Assembly (NCBI GenBank): GCA_964534705.1
Contig: CAZHPY010000004.1
Location: 1-44,499 of the forward strand
Origin: an uncultured Planctomycetia bacterium
GTDB lineage: Bacteria; Omnitrophota; Gorgyraeia; 2-01-FULL-45-10
Length of the DNA stretch: 44,499 nt
Direction: 5' to 3'
Part shown: piece by piece, positions 1 to 10,180 of the stretch
Layout of the letters: every line of letters begins with the position of its first letter
How positions within the stretch are numbered: the stretch's first letter is position 1
The notes under the pieces: generated by a model
Databases searched by the model: none
What the model was told of the DNA's origin: nothing
What the model saw: the letters and a program-made list of their open reading frames with translations, nothing else
Translations under genes and position numbers: made by a program

Positions 1-688
1 CTCGGCAGTTATGTCCAGTGGGACAGGAAGATAGACGCCAACATTGCCAGGGCGGAACACCATTGACTATTACCTCAAAAACACCTCCCAGCGTATCGCC
101 GGCCTTCGCTGCGCTGTCGATCTCTCTGCACATGGCTGCGGAGGCTTTTGTGTCCGCGCACATGACGGCGGACTTGTCTGCCGATAATATTATTTTATCC
201 AGCGCAAGCTTACCGGTATTTGCGCGCGCCTTACCTATTGCAATAACATGGCTGGCTATCCTTATACCGAATTGAGCCAGCAGTATTTTTGAGAGCGCGC
301 CCGCAGCTACCCTTGAAACAGTCTCTCTGGCGCTTGCCCTTTCAAGAACATCGCGTATATCGCCAAGATCATATTTTAATATACCGCTCAGGTCAGCATG
401 GCCCGGTCTTGGCTCATAGATCTTAGGGAGCCTGTCGATGGAACAGTCCACGTTATTAACGATCAGGGATATAGGGCTCCCGATCGTCCTGCCGCTGCGC
501 AAACCCGAGACTATCTCTACCTTGTCAGATTCTATCTGCATGCGCTTTCCGCGGCCGTAACCGCACATGCGCCTTGACAGTTCATTGTCGATCGTATCTT
601 TATTGATATTGAGGCCGGCCGGCATACCGTCCACTATGGTCAACATGCATTTGCCGTGCGATTCACCGCCTGTTAGGTATCTAAGCAT
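1..688 (-). CDS. aroC: chorismate synthase (N-terminal ~229 codons; runs off the window edge)
   Basis: The minus-strand frame is open from ATG 688 to position 2. Translation starts MLRYLTGGESHGK and contains RPGHADL and GDTLGGVFEV, which are typical AroC motifs. A GGAGG lies 4 nt upstream of the ATG. It is absent from the ORF track because it is incomplete. Confidence 0.85.
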   Translation of the reverse strand, partial: MLRYLTGGESHGKCMLTIVDGMPAGLNINKDTIDNELSRRMCGYGRGKRMQIESDKVEIVSGLRSGRTIGSPISLIVNNVDCSIDRLPKIYEPRPGHADLSGILKYDLGDIRDVLERASARETVSRVAAGALSKILLAQFGIRIASHVIAIGKARANTGKLALDKIILSADKSAVMCADTKASAAMCREIDSAAKAGDTLGGVFEVIVNGVPPWQCWRLSSCPTGHNCR

Positions 689-706
689 ATAGCCTCCGGA
701 TTTATT

Positions 707-1486
707 TTAATAAAGTCCCCTGAATAAAAACGACAGGATCTTATCTCCCCACAATATTGCCGTTACAGCCGCTAACGACAGGTATGGCCCGTAAGGAATA
801 ACATCCTTCCCCTGCCGTATCTTAAGGATTATGCCTACTATTGAACCGAATAAAGGCGCAATAAAAAATGTCAGTAACGTCATCTTCCAGCCTATGAATG
901 AACCGATCATCGCAAGTAATTTTACATCCCCGCCGCCCATCGCTTCTTTTTTGAATGCGAATTCGCCTAAGATACCCATAGCGTATATCGTTGCCGCGCC
1001 GGCGAACGCCCCGAAAAAGGAATTCGTAAAACCATGGATCCTGGATGATTCATTCAATATAGACGGGAATATCACAGATAATGACAGGCCTACGACAAGG
1101 CCTCCCAGAGAAACCTCATCGGGTATCTCCTGTATCTCAAAATCCACAAAAGTCGCTATTATAAGGCCGCAGACAAGGATGATATACGCAAAAAATTTCG
1201 CGCTTAGCCCGAAAAATAAGAACAAAACGAGGAATAGAAGCGCTGTCAGGATCTCGACTATTATATATCTCAATGAGATCTTCGTTTTACAGCATCTTGA
1301 CCTTCCGCCCAATATTATATAACTTAAGATCGGGATATTATCGAACCACTTTATGCTGACACCGCAATTTGGACAGTGTGACCCCGGCGCCACTATGGAT
1401 CTTCCTTTCGGTATCCTGTATATACACACATTCAGGAAACTTCCGACGATCGACCCGAAAATAAACACAAGAACTCGCTCTAACAT
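707..1486 (-). CDS. pilD: prepilin (type IV leader) peptidase, A24 family
   Basis: It has an N-terminal CPNCG...CC zinc-knuckle region, multiple TM helices, and Asp motifs FVDFEIQEIPD and GGGDVKLLA. Confidence 0.85.
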   Translation of the reverse strand: MLERVLVFIFGSIVGSFLNVCIYRIPKGRSIVAPGSHCPNCGVSIKWFDNIPILSYIILGGRSRCCKTKISLRYIIVEILTALLFLVLFLFFGLSAKFFAYIILVCGLIIATFVDFEIQEIPDEVSLGGLVVGLSLSVIFPSILNESSRIHGFTNSFFGAFAGAATIYAMGILGEFAFKKEAMGGGDVKLLAMIGSFIGWKMTLLTFFIAPLFGSIVGIILKIRQGKDVIPYGPYLSLAAVTAILWGDKILSFLFRGLY

Positions 1487-1500
1487 ATCTCCTTGACGAA

Positions 1501-1573
1501 GTCACAAGTCACAAGTCACAAGTCACAAGTAAAAGCTTTTTTCTTGTGCTCTTGTGTCATGTGTTCTTGTGCT
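1501..1573. repeat. imperfect hairpin built from heptamers
   Basis: GTCACAA x4 is a perfect tandem at 1501-1528. A 14-nt loop follows, then a CTTGTG-rich arm at 1543-1573 that is the imperfect reverse complement. It lies in the aroE-pilD intercistronic gap. Confidence 0.8.
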
Positions 1574-1579
1574 CTTTAT

Positions 1580-1607
1580 CTCCCAACTCCCAGTTCTCAA
1601 CTCCCGA
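1580..1607 (-). repeat. CTCYCAR heptamer tandem (x4), purine-rich TTGGGAG-like on the coding strand
   Basis: The units are ctcccaa ctcccag ttctcaa ctcccga. The tract overlaps the last codons and stop of aroE. Confidence 0.7.
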
Positions 1608-2454
1608 CTATATCAAGAGCTTCTTTCAACGCCTTCTTCATTACAGAGACCGGCGCCTTCTTCCCTGTCCACAGTTCAAAAGCTATGGCCCCCTGGTATA
1701 AAAGCATACCCAGGCCCGTCGTTGCGTTCAGTTTTAACCTGGATGCTTCGCGCACAAGTTTTGTTGCCGGGCGGTTATAGACCAGATCATATACGCGAAG
1801 TCCCGGATGCAGATAATTAACGTCTATGGGAGAAGGGTCGTCGTCTTTCATGCCGATAGGCGTGGCTTGAATAAAGAGATCGGCGTTTTTCAGGTCCTTT
1901 TCGAAGTCCCCCCTCTTCATGACTTCCAACTTATGCCAACTGTAATACTTATCGAAATGTTTTTTCAGCTCTGCCGCCATATGCTCATCTATATCGGTAA
2001 CATACATCTTTTTTGGACCGTTTCCCAGATACATTATTACTGCACGGGCCGCTCCGCCGGCCCCCAGGACAAATACCGTCTTTCCTTCCGGCTCAAACTT
2101 AAGGTCCTCCACAAGGGACCTGTAAAAACCCGGGCCATCCGTATTAAAACCCGTCAGCCTGTCGCCATCAACCTTAACAGTGTTGACAGCGCCGAGCCTT
2201 TCGGCATGCTCATTCAAGATCCCGTTCTTCTCCAGGAATTCCCTGGCTTTTACCTTGTGCGGGATGGTAATGTTCACACCCGAGATGTTATTTTTAGGCA
2301 GGCCTTTCAGAAAATCATCGAGGCCTTCCGGAGGGACGTCGAAAAGCTTGTATTCTGCGTCTATTTTAAGGGCTTTGAATGCGGCATTATGCATGGCGGG
2401 AGAGAGCGAATGCCCAACCGGATGGCCGATAAGTCCATAAGTGTGTTTTGCCAT
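1597..2454 (-). CDS. aroE: shikimate dehydrogenase
   Basis: Motifs are GLIGHPVGHSLSP, NITIPHK and the GAGGAARA Rossmann motif. The ATG overlaps the leuA stop (TAATG). Confidence 0.9.
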   Translation of the reverse strand: MAKHTYGLIGHPVGHSLSPAMHNAAFKALKIDAEYKLFDVPPEGLDDFLKGLPKNNISGVNITIPHKVKAREFLEKNGILNEHAERLGAVNTVKVDGDRLTGFNTDGPGFYRSLVEDLKFEPEGKTVFVLGAGGAARAVIMYLGNGPKKMYVTDIDEHMAAELKKHFDKYYSWHKLEVMKRGDFEKDLKNADLFIQATPIGMKDDDPSPIDVNYLHPGLRVYDLVYNRPATKLVREASRLKLNATTGLGMLLYQGAIAFELWTGKKAPVSVMKKALKEALDIVGS

Positions 2455-3965
2455 TATTTTCTGTGCAAAAGCTTATTTATGGCGTTGACGTAAGCCTTGA
2501 TGCTTGCTTCTATGATGTCGGTGCTTGCGCCCCTGCCTGACACGACCGCGCCTTTTGATCCAATCTTGACCGATACTTCTCCGAGAGCGTCTTTGCCGCT
2601 AGTGACAGACTTTATCTGGTAATCCAGCAATTTGCCGCCTGTTTTGACTATCTTGTCGATGGCCTTGTAGCATGCATCGACAGGGCCGTCACCGCCTGAA
2701 GAACTTTCAAAACTTTTACCTTTATACCTTATCTTTATAGTAGCTGAGGGCTTTACGCTATCGCCCGAGGTAATATAAAAATGTTCCAGCTTCACTTCTT
2801 CCGGGATCTTTGATATTTCCTCATCTACTATGGCCTCAAGGTCCTCATCAAATATTTCTTTTTTCTTGTCTGCCAGCGCTTTAAAACGGTCGAATGCCTT
2901 TTCTACCTGGTCCTCTTTCAGGACAAACCCCAGGCTGGACAGCCTCTCCTTAAAGGCATGGCGTCCGGAATGCTTTCCCAGGACAAGTTTTGTCCCGGTC
3001 ACCCCGACATCCTCCGGCTTCATTATTTCGTAAGTGATCCTTTCTTTCAATACCCCGTCCTGGTGTATGCCGGATTCATGCGCAAACGCATTCAATCCTA
3101 CTATTGCCTTGTTAGGCTGGACCGGCATGCCTGTCAGCTTGGAGACAAGCCGGCTGGTCTTGAACAGTTCCTTTGTATTAATATCTATCCTCATGTTCTT
3201 AAAAATATCGTTACGCGTCCTTATGCCCATTACGATCTCTTCCAGCGAAGCATTCCCGGCTCGTTCGCCAAGGCCGTTGATAGTGCATTCGACCTGCCGT
3301 GCGCCATTCAGCACCGCGGCCAGGGAATTCGCCACACCCAGGCCCAGGTCATTATGGCAATGCACGCTTATAACGGCATTGCCTATGTTGGGGACGTTAT
3401 CTTTTATCCCTTTTATCAGTTCCGCAAATTCGAACGGAGTGGTGTACCCTACCGTATCAGGGATGTTGACCGTTTTGGCCCCGGCTGCTATCACGGCTTC
3501 GACGACTTTATACAGGAAATCCCGTTCGGTCCGCGAAGCATCTTCGGGTGAAAACTCAACATCGCCGCATCTGTTCCTTGCGTATTTTACGGAAGAAGCG
3601 GCGAGTTTCAATATCTCGTCCTCGGCTTTTTTCAGCTTATACTTCATGTGGATCTTTGAAGTGGCCAAAAATACGTGGATACGGGATCTCTTTGAGTCCT
3701 TCAGCGCATTATACGCGGCATCTATATCCTTTTCCATGGCGCGCGCCAGGCCGCATATGACAGGCCCCTTCACATCTTTCGAAACGCGTTTTACCGATTC
3801 GAAATCGCCTTCGCTGGATATGGGAAACCCGGCTTCTATGACATCAACGCCCAGGACAGCAAGCTGCCTCGCTATCTCAACCTTCTCGTTGATGTTCATG
3901 CTCGCGCCCGGGCACTGCTCTCCGTCGCGTAATGTCGTATCGAATATTATTATTTTTTCATCCAT
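2454..3965 (-). CDS. leuA: 2-isopropylmalate synthase
   Basis: Motifs are [10 protein letters not shown] and [13 protein letters not shown], with a C-terminal LeuA-type regulatory domain. Length is 503 aa. Confidence 0.9.
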   Translation of the reverse strand: MDEKIIIFDTTLRDGEQCPGASMNINEKVEIARQLAVLGVDVIEAGFPISSEGDFESVKRVSKDVKGPVICGLARAMEKDIDAAYNALKDSKRSRIHVFLATSKIHMKYKLKKAEDEILKLAASSVKYARNRCGDVEFSPEDASRTERDFLYKVVEAVIAAGAKTVNIPDTVGYTTPFEFAELIKGIKDNVPNIGNAVISVHCHNDLGLGVANSLAAVLNGARQVECTINGLGERAGNASLEEIVMGIRTRNDIFKNMRIDINTKELFKTSRLVSKLTGMPVQPNKAIVGLNAFAHESGIHQDGVLKERITYEIMKPEDVGVTGTKLVLGKHSGRHAFKERLSSLGFVLKEDQVEKAFDRFKALADKKKEIFDEDLEAIVDEEISKIPEEVKLEHFYITSGDSVKPSATIKIRYKGKSFESSSGGDGPVDACYKAIDKIVKTGGKLLDYQIKSVTSGKDALGEVSVKIGSKGAVVSGRGASTDIIEASIKAYVNAINKLLHRK

Positions 3966-4942
3966 GGCATCATGTCTCTTAAGCTCTTCCCTACTTTTTC
4001 GATCTGATGTTCATCACCCTGCTTTAAAAGATTGTTAAAGTTGCACCTTCCGGTCTCATTCTCTTTTATCCATTCGCGCGCGAATTTGCCCGTCTTGATC
4101 TCCTTCAGCATCTTCTCCATCGCCTTCCTGGTCCTCTCTGTTACGATCTTCTTGCCGCGCGTTAAGTCGCCATAACAGGCCGTGTTGGAAACGCACCGTC
4201 TCATGCCTCCGATACCTTTTTCCTGTATAAGGTCTGTTATCAGTTTCAATTCATGTAATACCTCAAAATAAGCGATCTCGGGCTGATAACCGGCCTTAAC
4301 CAGTGTATCGAATCCCGCTACTATAAGTTCGCTTACTCCGCCGCAAAGCACTGCCTGCTCGCCAAAAAGATCTGTTTCCGTCTCCTCTTCAAAAGTAGTT
4401 TCGATAACGCCTGCCTTTGTACCGCCTATACCCTTCGCATAAGCAAGCGCCGTCTTTAATGCATTGCCTGTTGCGTCCTGATATATTGCGACCAGGCACG
4501 GAACGCCTTTCCCTTCTTCATACATCCTTCTCACAAGGGCTCCCGGGCCTTTGGGCGCTATCATTACAACATTGATCTTCTTGGATGGCTTTATCTGTTT
4601 AAACCTTATATTGAACCCATGGGAAAATATCAGCGTTTTTCCCTTGGTCATATTTTCGGCAATATCATTCTTGTAGACTTTTGCCTGGACATGGTCTTCC
4701 GTCAATATCTGGACTATATCAGCGGCTGCGGATGCCTCCTTGGCCGATACGGGATTAAAACCGTCTGCTTTTGCCTGTTCATAATTTTTTGTCCCCGGCA
4801 GTTCGCTGACGACCACTTCGATGCCGGAATCCCTTAAATTCAGGCTCTGTCCACGGCCTTGTATACCGTATCCTATGACCGCTATTTTTTTACCCTTCAA
4901 AAGATCCAGGTCCGCATCGTTGTCATAATATACCTTTGCCAT
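3950..4942 (-). CDS. ilvC: ketol-acid reductoisomerase (class I)
   Basis: The N-terminus reads [12 protein letters not shown]...[21 protein letters not shown]. Length is 330 aa. Confidence 0.95.
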   Translation of the reverse strand: MAKVYYDNDADLDLLKGKKIAVIGYGIQGRGQSLNLRDSGIEVVVSELPGTKNYEQAKADGFNPVSAKEASAAADIVQILTEDHVQAKVYKNDIAENMTKGKTLIFSHGFNIRFKQIKPSKKINVVMIAPKGPGALVRRMYEEGKGVPCLVAIYQDATGNALKTALAYAKGIGGTKAGVIETTFEEETETDLFGEQAVLCGGVSELIVAGFDTLVKAGYQPEIAYFEVLHELKLITDLIQEKGIGGMRRCVSNTACYGDLTRGKKIVTERTRKAMEKMLKEIKTGKFAREWIKENETGRCNFNNLLKQGDEHQIEKVGKSLRDMMPWMKK

Positions 4943-4959
4943 TGTTACTCCTCCTATTT

Positions 4960-5475
4960 TTATTCGTTAACTTCCGGCTTTCCCTCAGCCTTTAATCCTT
5001 TTTCGCTGGTATCCATTGCTATCCTGCCCGTCCTGACGACTTCCACTATACCGAACGGTTTAAGAAGCGCAAGCATGCCTTTTATTTTTGTGGCGTCGCC
5101 TGTTGCCTCTATACTGATGGTCTTAGAACCAGCATTAACTATCTTTGCCTCGGCGGATTCGACTGCCTCAAGTATTTCTTTTCTCGTCTTGGGGCTTACC
5201 GCGACTTTTATCAGCATCAGTTCCCTGTCTACGAATTCCCCTTCTTTAAAATCGACCACTTTTATTATATCGATCAGCTTATTAAGCTGCTTTTTGATCT
5301 GTTCGAGGGTCTTATCGTCTCCTTCCGATACTATGGTCATTCTTGAGACGCTCGGATCTTCAGTCTCGCCTACAGCCAGAGAACTTATATTGAACCCGCG
5401 CGCGCTGAACAATCCCGCTATGCGCGCCAGCACACCAAATTTATTCTCCACTAACACTGATATCGTATGTTTCAT
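4960..5475 (-). CDS. ilvN: acetolactate synthase small (regulatory) subunit
   Basis: It has an ACT domain starting [28 protein letters not shown]. It sits directly downstream of the large subunit. Confidence 0.9.
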   Translation of the reverse strand: MKHTISVLVENKFGVLARIAGLFSARGFNISSLAVGETEDPSVSRMTIVSEGDDKTLEQIKKQLNKLIDIIKVVDFKEGEFVDRELMLIKVAVSPKTRKEILEAVESAEAKIVNAGSKTISIEATGDATKIKGMLALLKPFGIVEVVRTGRIAMDTSEKGLKAEGKPEVNE

Positions 5476-5486
5476 TTCTCACCACT

Positions 5487-5514
5487 CTCCCAACTCTCAA
5501 CTCCCAACTCTCAA
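5487..5514 (-). repeat. CTCYCAA heptamer tandem x4 (TTGAGAG/TTGGGAG on coding strand) 12 nt upstream of the ilvN ATG
   Basis: The units are ctcccaa ctctcaa ctcccaa ctctcaa. It belongs to the same unit family as 1580-1607. Confidence 0.8.
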
Positions 5515-5518
5515 CTAT

Positions 5519-7195
5519 CTACGCCAGCCCACCGTCTATCATTTTATTGATCGCCTCACCTGCAGGCACCATAGGAAAAACGTTTTCCTCCTGCTCGACG
5601 CGAAAATCCATGAGCACGACATTATCCGTATTGAGGGCTTTCTCGATCGCCCCTTTTACTTCGCTTTTTTTGGTAATACGCATTCCCAGGGCGCCGTAGC
5701 TTTCGGCCAGCTTCACAAAATCAGGGCATGTTCCGCACATCGTGGTATAAGAATACCTTTTCTTATAGAACAATTCCTGCCATTGTCTAACCATCCCAAG
5801 ATAGCAATTATTCAATATGACGATTTTGACCGGTATCTTATTTATGACAGCCGTAGCGAGTTCCTGTATGTTCATCTGTATCGAACCATCCCCTGCAATG
5901 TCGAAAACCGGCATTTTTGGCTTGCCTATTTTGGCTCCTATTGCCGCCGGGAAACCATATCCCATCGTACCAAGTCCGCCGGACGAAATAATGGTCCTGG
6001 GCAGCACAAATTTGAAAAACTGGGCAGCCCACATCTGGTTCTGTCCAACCTCGGTCGTGATTATGGCTTCTCCCTTGGTGATCTCATATATCTGCTCAAC
6101 AACATACTGGGGCCTCAGTTTATCATCATCTTTGTATCTGAGAGGGAACTTCTTCTTCCACTCATCGATCTTGCCCAGCCAATCCTTTGTATCGGGCTTC
6201 TTTACGGTCTTATTAAGCTGTTTTAAAACCTCCCTGGCATCCCCGACTATAGGTATATCAACGTCAACGGTCTTTGAAACGCTGGCCGGGTCAATATCAA
6301 TATGTATGACTTTAGCATGAGGCGCAAATGCGTCCAGCTTTCCGGTAACTCTGTCGTCAAATCTTGCTCCTATTGCCACAATAAGGTCCGAATCCATGAT
6401 GGCATGGTTGGCATAAGCCGTTCCATGCATCCCAAGCATACCCAATGATAACTTATGCGTCTGAGGGAACGCTCCTAGGCCAAGAAGGGTCATTGTAACC
6501 GGTATCTCATTTTTAGTCGCCAGCTCTACCACCTCTTCGTATGCATCGGATGAGATTGCCCCGCCGCCTACGTATAGAACGGGCCTTTTTGATTCCGAGA
6601 TAGCTTTCGCCGCCCTCTTTATCTGGCCGGGATGCCCTTTAGATGTCGGGTTATATCCGCGTATTTCAACCTTTTCAGGATAGATAAATTCAGTTTCATG
6701 CATCTGGATATCAGACGGAATATCAACGAGGACCGGCCCGGGCCTGCCCGTAGAAGCGATATGGAACGCCTCTTTTATTATCCTGGCCAGATCCTTGACA
6801 TCTTCAACAAGATAATTATGTTTTGTTATGGGCCTGGTAATGCCTGTTATATCTGCCTCCTGGAACGCGTCATTTCCTATCAGGAAACTCTTTACCTGGC
6901 CTGTTAAGGCTACCATAGGCACTGAATCCATATATGCCGTAGCTATGCCCGTAACAAGATTTGTCGCGCCTGGACCGGACGTAGCTATACACACGCCTAC
7001 TTTGCCCGTAGCCCTGGCATAACCATCCGCTGCATGTGCTGCCGCCTGTTCATGCCTGGTGAGGATAAATTTAATGGGTGCGTCATATAATTGGTCAAAA
7101 ATAGGCAGAACCTGCCCTCCGGGATAGCCAAAAAGGACTTCGACACCCTCTTTCTTAAGACATTCTATTAATATTTTCGCGCCAGTCATCTTCAT
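5519..7195 (-). CDS. ilvB: acetolactate synthase large subunit
   Basis: It is a ThDP enzyme with motifs [16 protein letters not shown] and [15 protein letters not shown]...GDGSIQMN. I place the start at MKMTGAKIL (7195), because the 19 upstream codons of the track ORF are made of the 7215-7278 repeat element. Confidence 0.9.
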   Translation of the reverse strand: MKMTGAKILIECLKKEGVEVLFGYPGGQVLPIFDQLYDAPIKFILTRHEQAAAHAADGYARATGKVGVCIATSGPGATNLVTGIATAYMDSVPMVALTGQVKSFLIGNDAFQEADITGITRPITKHNYLVEDVKDLARIIKEAFHIASTGRPGPVLVDIPSDIQMHETEFIYPEKVEIRGYNPTSKGHPGQIKRAAKAISESKRPVLYVGGGAISSDAYEEVVELATKNEIPVTMTLLGLGAFPQTHKLSLGMLGMHGTAYANHAIMDSDLIVAIGARFDDRVTGKLDAFAPHAKVIHIDIDPASVSKTVDVDIPIVGDAREVLKQLNKTVKKPDTKDWLGKIDEWKKKFPLRYKDDDKLRPQYVVEQIYEITKGEAIITTEVGQNQMWAAQFFKFVLPRTIISSGGLGTMGYGFPAAIGAKIGKPKMPVFDIAGDGSIQMNIQELATAVINKIPVKIVILNNCYLGMVRQWQELFYKKRYSYTTMCGTCPDFVKLAESYGALGMRITKKSEVKGAIEKALNTDNVVLMDFRVEQEENVFPMVPAGEAINKMIDGGLA

Positions 7196-7214
7196 ACGTA
7201 AGAACTCACTTTTT

Positions 7215-7284
7215 CGTATTGCGTACGGCGTATTGCGTACTGCGTAGCTCAATACACAATACTCTATACTCTATTACTCTATAC
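7215..7284. repeat. low-complexity intercistronic element (ilvD-ilvB junction)
   Basis: CGTATTGCGTAC occurs twice (7215-7226, 7229-7240), followed by TGCGTAG, then CAATAC/TCTATAC-type units. The arms are partly complementary, and G:U pairs are allowed on the minus-strand RNA. Confidence 0.65.
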
Positions 7285-8934
7285 TTTTAATATTGCTCCT
7301 TCTGACGCTGATGATACGAACTTCGCGTAACGCGCCAGGTATCCTTCCTTTTCCTTTATTTCAGGAGCGTGCCACTTAGCCATACGAGCCGTTATCTCAG
7401 CCTCGCTCACTTTTAATTCCAGCTTTCTCTTTGGTATGTCGATCAGGATCTCATCGCCGTCTTCAACAATAGCGATAAGTCCGCCCGCCTGCGCCTCAGG
7501 AGAAATATGGCCTATGCACGGCCCCTGAGTTCCGCCCGAGAACCTTCCGTCCGTAATAAGGGCAACGTCATCAGCCAGGCCCATGCCTACAATAGCCGCT
7601 GTAGGAGAGAGCATCTCTCTCATCCCGGGCCCGCCCTTGGGTCCTTCATAGCGTATGACAACACAATCGCCTTTTTTGATCTTGCCTGCCATAATAGCAT
7701 TCATACATGTCTCTTCCGAATCAAAAACGCGCGCCTTACCCGTGAAGTTCATCATTTTACTGGATACAGCCGTCTGTTTTACCACGGCGCCGTCAGGCGC
7801 AAGATTGCCTTTAAGCACGGCTATACCGCCTTCGGCATGATATGGGTTCTTTATGTCACGTATAACGTTTTCGTCAAGCACCTGGGCATCGTTGGCTATC
7901 TGGCTTATCAGTTTGCCGCTGCAGGTCATTACATCGTTCAGCACGTTCTTCATCCTCTTCATGATCGCCGGTATACCGCCCGCGTACTCGAGATCTTCCA
8001 TGAAGTGCTCGCCGCCGGGCAGGATATTCGTAATATGAGGCGTCATCCGGGAGATCTTATCGAATTCATCTATTTTCAGGTCCACGTCAAATTCACGCGC
8101 AATTGCAAGTAGGTGTAAAACCGTGTTAGTAGAACCTCCAAGGGCCATATCTATCTTTATAGCATTTTCAAAGGCTTCTTTTCTCATTATGGTCCTGGGC
8201 AGTATATTCCGCCTGACCAGGTTAACGATCTTTTCCCCGGTCTCCTGGGCGATCCTGTCTTTTTTAGCCGATACTGCTAAAGCAGTGGCGCAACCCGGCA
8301 CGCTCAATCCCATGGCCTCGGTAATGCATGCCATTGAATTTGCGGTATATAATCCCTGGCATGCCCCTGCGCCCGGACATGCGCACATCTCCAGGTTAGA
8401 CATCTCTTCCTGTGAGATATCGCCTTTTTTAAACTTGCCGACAGCCTCAAAGGTATCTTTAACCAGCGACAAACGCCTGCCTTTGTAATTTCCGCTGATC
8501 ATAGGCCCGGCCGTAACGACAATAGACGGAATATTCAACCGCCCCATCGCCATTATCATGCCAGGGGTGATCTTATCGCAATTCGTTAGGCACACTAATC
8601 CGTCAAAACAATGGGCCTTTACAATAGTTTCTACCATATCGGCTATAAGTTCGCGCGAACCCAGAGAATATTTCATGCCTCCATGGCCCATTGCGATACC
8701 ATCACAAATACCCGGGATACCGAAAAAGAACGGCACTCCGCCCGCCATGGCTATACCGCGCTCAATAAATCTCTCAAGCCTGTCCATGTGTATATGGCCT
8801 GGGATAATATCTGTCCTGGATGTAGCAACCGCTATGAACGGTTTGCCCATATCTTCCTTGGATATGCCGGTAGCATACAAAAGGCTTCTTGCGCCTGCCC
8901 TCTCAATACCCTTTTTGATCTTATCGCTCTTCAT
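7279..8934 (-). CDS. ilvD: dihydroxy-acid dehydratase
   Basis: It belongs to the IlvD/Edd family, with motifs [17 protein letters not shown] and [19 protein letters not shown] lies upstream. Confidence 0.95.
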   Translation of the reverse strand: MKSDKIKKGIERAGARSLLYATGISKEDMGKPFIAVATSRTDIIPGHIHMDRLERFIERGIAMAGGVPFFFGIPGICDGIAMGHGGMKYSLGSRELIADMVETIVKAHCFDGLVCLTNCDKITPGMIMAMGRLNIPSIVVTAGPMISGNYKGRRLSLVKDTFEAVGKFKKGDISQEEMSNLEMCACPGAGACQGLYTANSMACITEAMGLSVPGCATALAVSAKKDRIAQETGEKIVNLVRRNILPRTIMRKEAFENAIKIDMALGGSTNTVLHLLAIAREFDVDLKIDEFDKISRMTPHITNILPGGEHFMEDLEYAGGIPAIMKRMKNVLNDVMTCSGKLISQIANDAQVLDENVIRDIKNPYHAEGGIAVLKGNLAPDGAVVKQTAVSSKMMNFTGKARVFDSEETCMNAIMAGKIKKGDCVVIRYEGPKGGPGMREMLSPTAAIVGMGLADDVALITDGRFSGGTQGPCIGHISPEAQAGGLIAIVEDGDEILIDIPKRKLELKVSEAEITARMAKWHAPEIKEKEGYLARYAKFVSSASEGAILKV

Positions 8935-8959
8935 AGGCTTCTCCTCATATAATCTTAAA

Positions 8960-8989
8960 ATTATATACTATCTCTTTATAGGGTGTCAA
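8960..8989 (-). promoter_or_regulatory. candidate sigma-70 promoter for ilvD and the downstream ilv-leu-aro genes
   Basis: On the minus strand: TTGACA (8989-8984), 18-nt spacer, TATAAT (8965-8960). It lies about 25 nt upstream of the ilvD ATG, in one of the few real intergenic gaps. Confidence 0.45.
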
Positions 8990-9013
8990 TTGATTTAAGC
9001 AAGGCTATGCCGG

Positions 9014-10180
9014 TTATTCTGAATATATGCGGGGGACGCGGTTTGATATGCCGCAGATTAAATCGTATGCTATTGTACCTGCAAGCCGGGCCAACTTCTC
9101 TACCCGTATCTCGTGCCTGCCCTGTTTTCCTATTAAAACCACTTCATCGCCTATTTTAACGCCTTTTATATGGCCTACATCTATCATTGTCTGGTCCATT
9201 GTAACCTTGCCTACAACAGGAGCAAACTGGCCGCGGACAAGTACCTCTGCCTTATTTGATACCCCCCTGTTATAACCATCGGCATATCCTATGGGCAGCG
9301 TAGCTATTTTTGTGGGTTTCTGGGTAATAAACGTCCTGCCATAGCTTATAGACCTGCCTGGAGGGATATCTTTAATAAAAACTATCCTGGTCTTTAAAGA
9401 CATTGCCGGTTTTAATTTGATCCGTTTTGGAAAGGTATGTTTTGGGTACATCCCGTAAATAATGAGCCCTGGCCGCACAAGATTGAGATGCGACCTCTTA
9501 AAATCAACTGTAGCTATGGAATTAGCGGCATGCCGCAGCGGTATCTTTATCCAATTCTTTTCTATTGATGCGAGAAGCCTCTCGAAAGATTCTATCTGGT
9601 AATTTGTAAAGAATTCATCCCGTCCTGCGCTGGAAAAATGCGTATATATGCCTTCAAGGATGACATCCTTTACCGACAAGGCCTCTTTTACGAAAGCCAT
9701 GGCATCTTCATGCCATATGCCTATACGCCCCATGCCGGTATCTATCTTTAAATGGACCTTTATCTTTGCGGCTTGTTGCCCTTCCTGCTTTACCAATCTT
9801 TTTATTTCATTAAGTATCTCATGATTACAGAGCGTTATGGTTATATCGCGGTCCCTGGCTACCATGACTTCTTCCGGAAGAAGGGAACCTAATATCAAAA
9901 TAGGCGCTTTTATGCCATGGTCCCGCAACCTGACCGCTTCGTCCGTAGTGGCAACGCCCAGATAATTAACGCCCATACCCTCCAAAACCCTTGATATCTC
10001 TACCGTACCATGGCCATAGGCGTTCGCTTTTACTACCGCCATAAGCATGACATCTTTTCCGACAAGCCTTTTGACCTGGACATAGTTATACTCTACGGCC
10101 TTCAGATCAATACCGGCCCAAGTCGGGCGGTACCGCGCTCTTGTAATACCGTTCCTGGTTTTTACCGGAATAGCGTTCAT
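9014..10180 (-). CDS. alr: alanine racemase
   Basis: It has the PLP-lysine motif AVVKANAYGHG. I prefer ATG 10180, which forms an ATGA overlap with the tsaB stop. The track start at 10198 is a GTG. Confidence 0.85.
   Translation of the reverse strand: MNAIPVKTRNGITRARYRPTWAGIDLKAVEYNYVQVKRLVGKDVMLMAVVKANAYGHGTVEISRVLEGMGVNYLGVATTDEAVRLRDHGIKAPILILGSLLPEEVMVARDRDITITLCNHEILNEIKRLVKQEGQQAAKIKVHLKIDTGMGRIGIWHEDAMAFVKEALSVKDVILEGIYTHFSSAGRDEFFTNYQIESFERLLASIEKNWIKIPLRHAANSIATVDFKRSHLNLVRPGLIIYGMYPKHTFPKRIKLKPAMSLKTRIVFIKDIPPGRSISYGRTFITQKPTKIATLPIGYADGYNRGVSNKAEVLVRGQFAPVVGKVTMDQTMIDVGHIKGVKIGDEVVLIGKQGRHEIRVEKLARLAGTIAYDLICGISNRVPRIYSE

Noticed and set aside
707-1486. pilD between aroC and aroE, considered as a sign of a type IV pilus or secretion locus.
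   Set aside because: No pilin, ATPase, platform or secretin genes are in the window. A lone prepilin peptidase within a housekeeping string is not evidence of a system here.
3034-6226. Long plus-strand ORFs, for example 3034-4038 (334 aa) and 4859-6226 (455 aa). Similar ones occur at 831-1322, 7507-8112, 22572-23201, 29377-30039 and 34507-35235.
   Set aside because: They lie antisense to confidently identified minus-strand genes. Their translations are S/L/P/F-rich low-complexity sequence with no motif. These are shadow ORFs of a genome with few antisense stop codons.
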